DNA of 64,000 nt, from positions 583,704 to 647,703 of the forward strand of contig CAWIYG010000001.1 in the NCBI GenBank assembly GCA_963840215.1, in the 5' to 3' direction. The first letter of the stretch is position 1, and the number at the start of each line of letters is the position of its first letter. Under the pieces are notes generated by a model. It was not told the DNA's origin, ran no database searches, and saw only the letters and a list, made by a program, of their open reading frames with translations. A program made the position numbers and the translations under genes. This DNA comes from an uncultured Gemmatimonadales bacterium. GTDB taxonomy: Bacteria > Gemmatimonadota > Gemmatimonadetes > Gemmatimonadales > GWC2-71-9. Below, one piece after another: positions 1 through 8,730 of the stretch.

Positions 1-638
1 TCGCGATGGATGACCTCGTGATCCCGGATGTCGGTGAAGACCTGGAGCTCCTCGGCCGTGCCGCCGGTGTAGAAGGCGTCAACGGCGGCGGTATAGAACG
101 CCGCCTCCAGCTGCTCCAGCGCGTAGGCGTAGTTGAGGACTCCGATGTCTCCGCTCCCGAGCTGGGCGGGACCGGTCACGATGCTGACGGCAAACGGACT
201 CCCCGAGATGGGGCTGCCGTTGATCGCGATATCGATGGTGTCGGTGCCTTCGAGGGTGGGCGTATAGCTGAACAGGTACGTACCGTTGGCGCGGTCCTCG
301 ATGCGCAGCTCGCCCGGGCTATTGGTGCCGCTGACCGCGGCGGTGACAGTGTCCCCGCCGGTGCGAAGGTTCGCGCCGTCGGCGTCTTTCGCCTGGACCG
401 TGATCTCGATCGGAACTCCCCTGCCGGCGCTGGCGGGCACATTGGCCGTACTGTTGCCCGGACTCACGGGATTGCCCGGCGTCGTGACGTTCCCACCCCC
501 CTCGTCGCTGCCGCAGCCCACGGTCGCGACCGCGATCGTCACCCCGGACCAGTGAAGAAACGTCCGGCGGCTCGTGGCCCGTGCCACGCGCGCCAGAAAA
601 TCCAGTTCCCGCAATCCTGTATGGAGCTTGTCGTGCAT
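1..638 (-). CDS. Tat/lipoprotein-signal ferritin-like (Ferritin_2-type) protein with a filamin-type Ig domain; runs off the window edge, absent from the ORF track
   Basis: Manual translation from ATG 638 (RBS GGAGG): MHDKL...SRRTFLHWSGVTIAVATVGC (twin-Arg + lipobox), then ITVQAKDADG...EDRANGTYLFSYTP...INGSPISGSPFAV (filamin repeat), then LGSGDIGVLNYAYALEQLEAAFY...DIRDHEVIHR (ferritin-like helices with ExxH). Confidence 0.85.
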   Translation of the reverse strand, partial: MHDKLHTGLRELDFLARVARATSRRTFLHWSGVTIAVATVGCGSDEGGGNVTTPGNPVSPGNSTANVPASAGRGVPIEITVQAKDADGANLRTGGDTVTAAVSGTNSPGELRIEDRANGTYLFSYTPTLEGTDTIDIAINGSPISGSPFAVSIVTGPAQLGSGDIGVLNYAYALEQLEAAFYTAAVDAFYTGGTAEELQVFTDIRDHEVIHR

Positions 639-644
639 GTGTCC

Positions 645-1568
645 CTACCTCCTGGCTGCCAAAGTGTTCGGGCTTAGCTCCTCCTCGAGCAGCCCCTTGT
701 TGATCGCCATGCCTGCTTCCGCACCTTCCGCCGCGGCCACCACCACGAACTGCGCCTCGCGCGAGGCATCGCCGCAGACGTACAACCCCGGCACATTGGT
801 GGCCTCGCACTCGCCCGTATCCACTGCGCCGCTCTCCAGGAACCGGCAGCCGAGTCGGGCCGGGAGTTCGGAGGCCTGCCGCTGCCCCGTGGCGAAGAAG
901 AGTGCGTGGCGCGCCACCCCAGCGCCGTCCGCGAAGACGATCCACTCGAGCCGGCCCTGCCGCCCGTCAAGGCGAAGGATCCGCTCCTCGCGCACCGGGA
1001 TGCCGCACCCCGCGAGGCGCTCCTGCATCTGCGCCGAGAGCGAGGCGGGCCCGTCAGTGCAGAGCAGCAGGTTTCGCGTCCACACCGTCAGCGCCACGGC
1101 CAGCGCCGCTCCCGCATCACCCCGGCCGTAGACGCCCACCGGCTGGTCCCGCCACTCCCAGGCATCGCAGTACGGACAGTGGTGCACGCTCCGGCCGTAG
1201 AGCTCCAGCAGGCCCGGAATGTCCGGCACCTCGTCCACCACGCCGGTGGCCAGCAGCAGCCGTCTCGTCCGGAGGCGGGCGCCGTCCGCGCAACGGACCT
1301 CGAAGCCTCCCTCCAGACGCTTGGCGTCGACGACGCGCTTCGAACTGAGCTCCACGGTGTCGTACGGCCGAAGCTCCTCCCGCGCCAGCCGGAGCATCTC
1401 CGCCGGCGCGGTGCCGTCACGGGTGAGGAACCCATGCACCGCGTGCGACCAACGATTCCGAGGCTCACCCACATCGCACACCAACACGCGACGCCGGCAC
1501 CGACCCAGCATCAGCGCCGCGCTCAGGCCGGCCGGGCCGCCGCCCACCACGATGCAGTCGAACGTCAC
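645..1568 (-). CDS. NAD(P)/FAD-dependent oxidoreductase, thioredoxin-reductase-like
   Basis: GGGPAGLSAA FAD motif, HHCPYCD CxxC, TNVPGLYVCGD C-terminal motif. Confidence 0.9.
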   Translation of the reverse strand: MTFDCIVVGGGPAGLSAALMLGRCRRRVLVCDVGEPRNRWSHAVHGFLTRDGTAPAEMLRLAREELRPYDTVELSSKRVVDAKRLEGGFEVRCADGARLRTRRLLLATGVVDEVPDIPGLLELYGRSVHHCPYCDAWEWRDQPVGVYGRGDAGAALAVALTVWTRNLLLCTDGPASLSAQMQERLAGCGIPVREERILRLDGRQGRLEWIVFADGAGVARHALFFATGQRQASELPARLGCRFLESGAVDTGECEATNVPGLYVCGDASREAQFVVVAAAEGAEAGMAINKGLLEEELSPNTLAARR

Positions 1569-1608
1569 GTGGCACCGGCGTTGGGCCCGCGGCGCGCGGT
1601 CTGCGGCG

Positions 1609-2379
1609 TCAGCGGCTGCTCGCGGGCAGCGGGGCCGCTCCCTCGTCCACGTCCATCACCTGCTTGAGGCGGCGCAGGTCGTCCGCGACCTGCCGCTCGG
1701 GATCGTCGCCGAGCAGGTGGGCGAGGGCATCTCCCAGGACGCCGGCCGGGGCCGCGTACCTGAGGATCACGCGGACTCTGGTGCCGCCGCCTGGGGCCGG
1801 CGAGAAGTGCACCGAGCCCGCCTGGTCGACATCCGCGCCCGGGAGGGAGCGCCAGGCGATGAGCTCGTCCTCGATCTCGTGGTGAGTCTCCGCCTCCCAT
1901 ACGACGCGGGTGCCCAGGGGGCCCTTCGCCACCCAGCGGGAGTGGCGGTCATCCAGCATCGTCACCGATTCGAGATTGTCCATGAAGCGCGGGAGGTTGT
2001 CGAGACGCCGCCAGAAGTGGAACAGCTCCGCCGGGTGCCGGTCGATCGTCACCGCCTGCTCGATGCGCCTCCCAGCTCCGCCGGTCAGGGCCGCGACGGG
2101 CGCTCGCCGCCGGACCCCGCGCCCGGCCCTGGGGCCCAGCAGGGCCCGCTTGAGTTCACAACGGCCAGTGAAGGCCCGCTGCAGCAGTCCGAGTCCGACG
2201 GGCACGAGCATCAGGCGCACGCGCTGGCGCCGGAAGGCGGACGCCATCAGGGCGACGCCTGCGGCACCCGAGATCCAGCGCTCCGCGAACCCGACGTTGC
2301 GCTCCGGGTCGATCCGATCCCAGAACGTCCGGTCGGCCCACTCACGCTCGAGGGCGTCGCCCGCCTGGCTTGCCGTCAT
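1609..2379 (-). CDS. SRPBCC (cyclase/dehydrase-like) protein with N-terminal DUF2892-like membrane segment
   Basis: Start re-called to MTASQAG (RBS GGAGG); NVGFAERWISG, FWRRLDNLPRFM, SRWVAKGPLG, WRSLPGADVDQAGSVHF, DDLRRLKQ. Confidence 0.88.
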   Translation of the reverse strand: MTASQAGDALEREWADRTFWDRIDPERNVGFAERWISGAAGVALMASAFRRQRVRLMLVPVGLGLLQRAFTGRCELKRALLGPRAGRGVRRRAPVAALTGGAGRRIEQAVTIDRHPAELFHFWRRLDNLPRFMDNLESVTMLDDRHSRWVAKGPLGTRVVWEAETHHEIEDELIAWRSLPGADVDQAGSVHFSPAPGGGTRVRVILRYAAPAGVLGDALAHLLGDDPERQVADDLRRLKQVMDVDEGAAPLPASSR

Positions 2380-2464
2380 TGCAAGACCTCCGATCCCGCC
2401 CGAGCGCCCGTGAATGCCCGCATCACATCGTGTCCCGACGCGAGCTTCACCGCAGTGACGGCGA

Positions 2465-2749
2465 TCACGCGCCGCGGCGACCCTTGCGCTGGGCCTCGAC
2501 GTGGCGGACGTGGGCGGCATCGTCGAGCAGCGCCGCCTCGCCGTCGCGCGCGTTCCGATCGGCGACTTCGTCACTCGGCGTGGCGTAGGTGCGTCCGCTG
2601 CGCTCGCTTTCGCGGGGATCGTCGAGATTGAGCTCGTCGGCCGCCTCTTCCCCCGACGCGCCGCCTGCGGTACCGCCCTGCGCCAGCTCGAATCGGCGGC
2701 GCTCGTCATCCGTCATGGTCGCGAACTCACGACCGAGGTTCTTGGCCAA
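2465..2749 (-). CDS. Small hydrophilic acidic protein with a degenerate KGG/stress-type N-terminus
   Basis: TTG start after AGGAG (alternative ATG 2716): MAKNLGREFATMTDDERRRFELAQGG...; loosely resembles the FASM.....R......GG stress motif; lies between two SRPBCC genes. Confidence 0.55.
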   Translation of the reverse strand: MAKNLGREFATMTDDERRRFELAQGGTAGGASGEEAADELNLDDPRESERSGRTYATPSDEVADRNARDGEAALLDDAAHVRHVEAQRKGRRGA

Positions 2750-3548
2750 AACTGTCACTCCTGGTGGTGGTCTCGAGCAGCGACTTGAGCCGCGCGAGGT
2801 TCTCGTTGAGGCGGGTGCGCGGATCGCCGCCGAAGAATTCGGAGACGGCGCGACCCGCGCGGCCTGTCGGCGGACTGTAGCAGAAGCGGACGTCGATCCG
2901 GGTCCCCGAGCCGTCCGGGCTGAATCGGATCGCGCCCGCATTGTCGAGGATAGAGCCGGGCTCGCTGCGCCAGGCCAGCAGCGCATTCTCCTCCCGGCCG
3001 GTGACGACGGCGTCCCATTCCAGTGGTTGTCGTCCCGGCCCGGTCAGAGTCCAGCGCGAGCGCCCGCCGCCGAGATCCTGGACCTCGCGCACGTTGGCGA
3101 CGAACAGCGGGAAATTGTCGTAGGCTGTCCAGAAGGCGTACACCCGGTCGATCGGCGCATCGATGTGCAGGCTCTTCTGAATGTCGACGGTCCGCCGCCG
3201 CTCGCCGAGCGGCAGAGCTGGGCGCGGCGGGACGGCGGCGGCGATGCCAAGCCCGAGCGTGCGGAGCAGCGTGCCCCTTCGGCCCCGCCGCACCAGGCCG
3301 TAGGCGGCCAGCGCCCCGGCCACCGCGCGCGCCAGTCCGGCGAGATCAGTCCGTGAGCCGCGGCGGGCGAGGTTGGCGGCCTCGAGTCCCTCGAGATCGC
3401 CGAGGCGCGCGCCGTATGGGGGCGCGCTCCGCGGGCTGCCGAGCCGGGCGCGGACACGACCGCGTCTGGCCTGGCCCCGCTCGGGATCGAGGAAGTACAC
3501 CAGCCCCGCGCCGACCGCCGCACCGCCCATGAAATGCTTCGCGCTCAT
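2727..3548 (-). CDS. SRPBCC family protein
   Basis: GAGLVYFLDPERGQARR N-terminus; IQKSLHIDAPIDRVYAFW..YDNFPLF, WRSEPGS...NAGAIRF. Confidence 0.88.
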   Translation of the reverse strand: MSAKHFMGGAAVGAGLVYFLDPERGQARRGRVRARLGSPRSAPPYGARLGDLEGLEAANLARRGSRTDLAGLARAVAGALAAYGLVRRGRRGTLLRTLGLGIAAAVPPRPALPLGERRRTVDIQKSLHIDAPIDRVYAFWTAYDNFPLFVANVREVQDLGGGRSRWTLTGPGRQPLEWDAVVTGREENALLAWRSEPGSILDNAGAIRFSPDGSGTRIDVRFCYSPPTGRAGRAVSEFFGGDPRTRLNENLARLKSLLETTTRSDSFGQEPRS

Positions 3549-3769
3549 CCGTTCCTCCCGTCTCCTGTGACTTGCCGCAGTCAAAGGACACCCGTCGGCC
3601 GATCGCGGCTGTGATTCTCCTCACACCCGGCCTCATTGCGTTTCGGTGCCGCGCATCGACGCTCCCCGCCCGCCCTCTTACCTTTCTCCTGCGTACCCTG
3701 GTCTGCCCTCAAGGAGTGCTCGCCCATGTTGCTGATCTTCCTCCGCATCGGTCTCCAGGCGGGATCCGC

Positions 3770-4225
3770 ATGAAACTCGTGAGCAGCGCATTCCGTGACG
3801 GGCAGCCGATTCCGGCCATTCACAGCTGCGACGGCGAGGACCGCTCGCCGCCGCTCGCGTGGTCCGAGATCCCGGTCACCACCCGGAGCTTCGCGCTGAT
3901 CGTGGACGACCCGGACGCCCCTCGCGGCACCTGGACCCACTGGGTGCTCTTCAACCTGCCCGCCGACGCGATCGAGCTCGCTCCCGGCGTCCCCCGCATC
4001 CCTGAGCTCAAGTCGGGCGCTCGCCAGGGCGTCAACGACTCGGGCCATGTCGGGTTCGGCGGCCCCTGCCCCCCGACGGGCGGACCACATCACTACTTCT
4101 TCCGGTTATATGCCCTCGATTGCACTCTCAACCTCAAGCCAGGCGTCACCCGCTCGGAGGTGGACCATGCCAAGACCGGCCACGTTCTGGGCGACGGCGT
4201 CCTGATGGGGACCTTCCAGCGATGA
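3770..4225 (+). CDS. YbhB/YbcL family Raf kinase inhibitor-like (PEBP) protein
   Basis: MKLVSSAF, SPPLAW, DDPDAP..TWTHWV, GPCPP..GPHHYFF. Confidence 0.92.
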   Translation: MKLVSSAFRDGQPIPAIHSCDGEDRSPPLAWSEIPVTTRSFALIVDDPDAPRGTWTHWVLFNLPADAIELAPGVPRIPELKSGARQGVNDSGHVGFGGPCPPTGGPHHYFFRLYALDCTLNLKPGVTRSEVDHAKTGHVLGDGVLMGTFQR

Positions 4226-4779
4226 CCCACCGCCACTCACGCGCGGTACCGGCCCTGCTGGCCGCGCTCGTGCTTCCCCTCGCCGGAGCCTGCGCCCACG
4301 GCGGCGGCGGCGGCAGTACCAGCCCCAGGTCCGTCGCCTCGGGCACCTTCCGAAATGCCGCCGGCGAGCGCGTCGGCCTCGCCACGCTCAGCGACAGTGC
4401 CGGCGCCCTGCGGCTGGGTGTGAGCGTCGGGCAGTTGGACCCGGGGCCGCACGGGCTCCACTTTCACGCGCAGGGGACCTGCACGCCGCCCGATTTCGCG
4501 TCCGCGGGCCCGCATTTCAACCCCGAGCGCAAGCTGCACGGCCGCCTCAATCCCGACGGGCCACACCTCGGCGACCTGCCGAACCTGGTCGTGGGAGCCG
4601 ACGGGTCGGCGGACACGAGCTTCGCGGTCTCGAGCGAGCTCGCCGCCCCCGGACCGCACTCGCTGCTGCAGCCCGGCGGGACGGCCATCGTCATCCATGC
4701 GAAGCCGGACGACGAGCGCACCGACCCGAGCGGCGATTCGGGTGACCGCGTGGCGTGCGCCGTGATCGAGCCCGACTAA
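4222..4779 (+). CDS. sodC: Cu/Zn superoxide dismutase, lipoprotein
   Basis: Lipobox LAGAC; HGLHFH, AGPHFNP, HG...PHLGDL, IVIH, GDRVAC; ATGA overlap with the upstream gene. Confidence 0.9.
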   Translation: MTHRHSRAVPALLAALVLPLAGACAHGGGGGSTSPRSVASGTFRNAAGERVGLATLSDSAGALRLGVSVGQLDPGPHGLHFHAQGTCTPPDFASAGPHFNPERKLHGRLNPDGPHLGDLPNLVVGADGSADTSFAVSSELAAPGPHSLLQPGGTAIVIHAKPDDERTDPSGDSGDRVACAVIEPD

Positions 4780-5175
4780 ATGAATCCGCCCCGCGTACCG
4801 ACGCCGGCCGAGGTCCGGACACTGCTCGCGGCCGGGAGTGGAGCCAACTTCGCCGCGACGAGCCCGGCCGCCACCGACTCGAGGCTCCGGCCGCGCGTGC
4901 TGAAGCTTCCGCCGGCCGCGGCGATCGACCGCGTTGCGGGCGCCATCGCGGCCATCCGCGGCTGGCGGGTGGTCGGCCGGGGCGACGGCGTGATCCAGGC
5001 CACCCGGACCACGCGCTTCCTTCACTTCGTCGACGATATCTCGATCCTGCTCGAACCCGCGGCCGGCGGCACCGCGGTCTCGGCGCGGAGCGCCGCGCGC
5101 ATCGGGCGCGGCGACTTCGGGCAGAATCGGCGCAACCTCGGGGAGCTCTGGCAGGCGCTCGGCCTCGGCGAATGA
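4780..5175 (+). CDS. DUF1499 domain protein
   Basis: IQATRTTRFLHFVDDI...RSAARIGRGDFGQNRRN signature. Confidence 0.8.
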   Translation: MNPPRVPTPAEVRTLLAAGSGANFAATSPAATDSRLRPRVLKLPPAAAIDRVAGAIAAIRGWRVVGRGDGVIQATRTTRFLHFVDDISILLEPAAGGTAVSARSAARIGRGDFGQNRRNLGELWQALGLGE

Positions 5176-6232
5176 CGCTGCTCAGCGCGACCGACCGCGG
5201 CCTCTACTGCGAGGCCGGCGATTTCTTCGTGGACCCGTGGGCCGCCGTCGACCGGGCCGTCGTCACCCATGCCCATGGCGACCATGTCGCCTGGGGTTGC
5301 CGCGGCTACCTCACCGCCGAGCCCGGCGTGCCGGTGCTCCGCGAGAGGCTGGACCCCTCCGCGCCGATCCGTGGCGCCGCCTACGGCGAAGCGCTCGACG
5401 TCGGCGGCGTGCGGGTGTCGCTGCATCCGGCCGGCCACATCCTGGGTTCGGCCCAGGTGCGGATCGAGCACGCCGGCGAGGTCTGGGTGGTCTCGGGCGA
5501 CTACAAGACCGAGCCCGATCCCACCTGTGCTCCCTTCGAGCCGGTGCGCTGCGACACCTTCGTGACCGAGTCGCACCTTCGGGCTGCCGATCTACCGCTG
5601 GCCGGCACCCGGACCGGTCGTGGACGACATCCACGCCTGGTGGCGCGCCAACCAGGTGGCCGGCAAGGCCTCGCTCCTCTTCGGCTACGCCCTCGGCAAG
5701 GCACAGCGGCTCCTCGCCGGCGCTCGACCCCGGGGTCGGCCCGATTCTCACTCACGGCGCGGTCGAACGGATGACGCGGGTCTACCGCGAGGCTGGCGTG
5801 CCTCTTCCGCCGACCACGCATGTCGCGGCCTCGGACCGCACGACGTGGCCGCGCGCCCTGATCGTCGCGCCGCCCTCGGCCGACGGCTCGGCCTGGGCCC
5901 GGCGGTTCGGCCCGCAGTCCACCGCCTTCGCATCGGGCTGGATGGCCATACGCGGTACCCGCCGCCGACGCGCGATCGACCGCGGCTTCACGCTCTCCGA
6001 CCATGTGGACTGGCCCAGCCTGCTCGCGGCCATCGATGCCACCGGCGCCGAACGGGTCTGGGTGACGCACGGCTACACCGGTGTGCTGGTCCGCTGGCTC
6101 ACGGAGCGGGGGCTCGACGCGCGGGCGATCGAGACGCGCTACGAGGGTGAACGCGACGACGCCGCGGGTGAGCGCGACGAGACGGTGGGCGAGCGCGACG
6201 TCGTCGCGGATGACGCGAGGATGCCGCCGTGA
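5172..6232 (+). CDS. Ligase-associated DNA damage response exonuclease (MBL/beta-CASP); two apparent indels (~5575, ~5722)
   Basis: GLYCEAGDFFVDPW, THAHGDH, AGHILGSAQ, SGDYK, GYALGKAQR, FASGWM, LSDHVDW, VTHGY spread over three frames. Confidence 0.9.
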
Positions 6233-7831
6233 GGGCGTTCGCCGACCTGTACGCCGCCCTGGACGAAACCACCGCCACTCGCGAGAAAATCGCCGCGCTG
6301 GTCGCGTACTTTCGCACCGCGCCCCCGCGCGATGCCGCGTGGGCCGTGCATTTCCTCGTCGGCCGGCGGCCCAAGCGCCTCGTGGGCGCCGCCAAGCTCC
6401 GGGCATGGGCGGCCGAGGAGGCCGGGGTGCCCGACTGGCTCTTCGAGGAGAGCTACCACGCCGTCGGCGACCTGGCCGAAACCATCACGCTCCTACTCCC
6501 CGACTCCGGAGGCTCGAGCGACCGTCCGCTGGCTGAATGGGTGGAGGGGCGGCTGCTCGCGCTGCGGGGACAGGACGACGCCGTGCAGCGCATGGAGCTG
6601 GTGGGGGCATGGCGCGAGCTGGGGCGCCGCGAGCGCTTCGTGTGGAACAAACTGATCACCGGCAGCTTTCGCGTCGGCGCGTCGGCCCGGCTGGTGGTGC
6701 GGGCCCTGGCCGAGGTGAGCGGCGTGGACGAAGGCACGATCGCGCACCGGCTCATGGGCGCCTGGGAGCCGACGCCGGAGTTCTTCCAGCGCCTGGTGGC
6801 GGCCGATACCCGCGACGCCGACATCAGCCGGCCCTATCCGTTCTACCTGGCGTACCCGCTGGAGGAGGCGCCCGCCGCACTCGGCGAGGCCGCCGACTGG
6901 GTCGTCGAATGGAAGTGGGACGGCATCCGCGCCCAGCTCATCCGGCGGGCCGGCCGCACCTTTCTCTGGTCGCGCGGCGAGGAGCTCCTGAGCGGACGTT
7001 TCCCCGAGGTGGAGGAAGCCGCGGCGCTCCTGCCCGAGGGGACCGTGCTCGACGGCGAGCTGTTGCCCTGGGCCGGCGGCGGGCCGCTGCCGTTCGCCCA
7101 GCTGCAGCGGCGGATCGGGCGGAAGACGCTCGGCCGCAAGCTCCTGAGCCGAGGTGCCGGTCGTTCTGGTGGCGTACGACCTGCTGGAGGAGCGTGGCGA
7201 GGATCTGCGGTCCCTGCCGTTCGCGGAGCGGCGTGCGCGCCTCGGCGCGCTGCTCGCGGGCGTGTCGTCGGCCGGACAGCTGGTGCTGTCGCCGGCGGTG
7301 GCCGTGGCGGGCTGGCCGGATGTCGAGCGGGCCCGCGCGCGCGCGCGCGAGGCCGGTGCGGAAGGGCTCATGCTCAAGCGGGCGGCGAGCGCCTACGGTG
7401 TCGGCCGGCGGCGCGGCGACTGGTGGAAGTGGAAGGTCGAGCCGCACACGGTCGACGCCGTCCTGATCTACGCCCAGCCGGGCAGCGGCCGCCGCGCGGG
7501 CCTCTACACCGACTACACCTTCGGCCTCTGGGACGGCGGCCGGCTGGTGCCGTTCGCCAAGGCATACTCGGGCCTGACCGACGAGGAGATCCGCCGGGTC
7601 GACGCGTTCGTCCGTCGCCATACGCTGGAGAAGTTCGGCCCGGTGCGGACCGTAAAGCCGGAGCTGGTCTTCGAGCTGGCGTTCGAGGGCATCCAGCGGT
7701 CCACCCGGCACAAGTCGGGCATCGCCGTGCGGTTCCCACGAATGGCCCGCTGGCGGACGGACAAGCGGCCGGAAGATGCCGATTCGCTGGATGCGGTGCG
7801 GGGACTGATCGATGGGGAGGAAGACGCGTGA
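6229..7831 (+). CDS. ATP-dependent DNA ligase; one apparent indel (~7148)
   Basis: VGDLAET, EWKWDGIRAQ adenylation motif, LDGEL, YDLLE, EGLMLK, WWKWK, SGIAVRFPR. Confidence 0.92.
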
Positions 7832-7908
7832 GGAGCGCCGGAGGGTCAGCATCTGTGCACGCGCGAGCGGTCGAGGGCTCGCGTCCCGCCGATCGAGGCC
7901 GCTGATCC

Positions 7909-8730
7909 ATGCCGGCCTTCATCTGTGTCACCTGCGGCACGCAGTACCCCGATGAGCCGCTCCCGCCGGACCAGTGCCTCATCTGCACCGAGGAGCGGCA
8001 GTACGTGGGGTGGGCCGGCCAGCGCTGGACCACGCTCGACGAGCTCCGCCGCGACCACCGGAACCGGGAGGCGCCCGAGGGTCCCGGCCTCCTCGGGATC
8101 GGCACCGAGCCGAAGTTCGCGATCGGCCAGCGGGCGCTTTACATCCGAACCGGGACGGGCGGCTTCCTCTGGGACTGCATCAGCCTCGTCGACGACGCGA
8201 CCGTCTCGACGCTCCAGGCCCTCGGCGGCGTCGCCGGCATCGCGATCTCGCATCCCCACTACTACGCGTCGATGGTCGAGTGGAGTCGTGCCCTGGGCGG
8301 GGTGCCGGTGTACCTCCACGCGGACGACAGCCAGTGGGTGGTGCGGCACGATCGGGCCATCGTGTTCTGGGACGGCGACACCCGGGCCGTCGCGCCGGGC
8401 ATCACCCTGATCCGATGCGGCGGCCACTTCGCCGGCGGCACGGTGCTGCACTGGGCCGACGGAGCCGACGGCGGCGGCGCGCTCCTGACCGGGGACATCA
8501 TCATGGTGGGCGAGGACCGCCGCACCGCCGGGTTCATGTACAGCTTTCCCAACTACATCCCGCTCAACGCACGGGCGGTCGAGCGGATCGGGGCGATGGT
8601 GGAGCCGTTCGAGTTCGAGCACGTCTACGGCGGCTGGTTCGGCCGCAACATCCTGGCGGCCGGCAAGCAGGCCGTCCGCTACTCGGTGCGGCGCTACCTG
8701 TACGCCATTTCCGATCGTGGACAGTCCTAG
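7909..8730 (+). CDS. MBL-fold metallo-hydrolase with N-terminal Cys cluster
   Basis: CVTCG...CLIC.EERQYV, FAIGQRA, LWDC, ISHPHYY, GGHFAG, FMYSFPNYIPL. Confidence 0.85.
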   Translation: MPAFICVTCGTQYPDEPLPPDQCLICTEERQYVGWAGQRWTTLDELRRDHRNREAPEGPGLLGIGTEPKFAIGQRALYIRTGTGGFLWDCISLVDDATVSTLQALGGVAGIAISHPHYYASMVEWSRALGGVPVYLHADDSQWVVRHDRAIVFWDGDTRAVAPGITLIRCGGHFAGGTVLHWADGADGGGALLTGDIIMVGEDRRTAGFMYSFPNYIPLNARAVERIGAMVEPFEFEHVYGGWFGRNILAAGKQAVRYSVRRYLYAISDRGQS

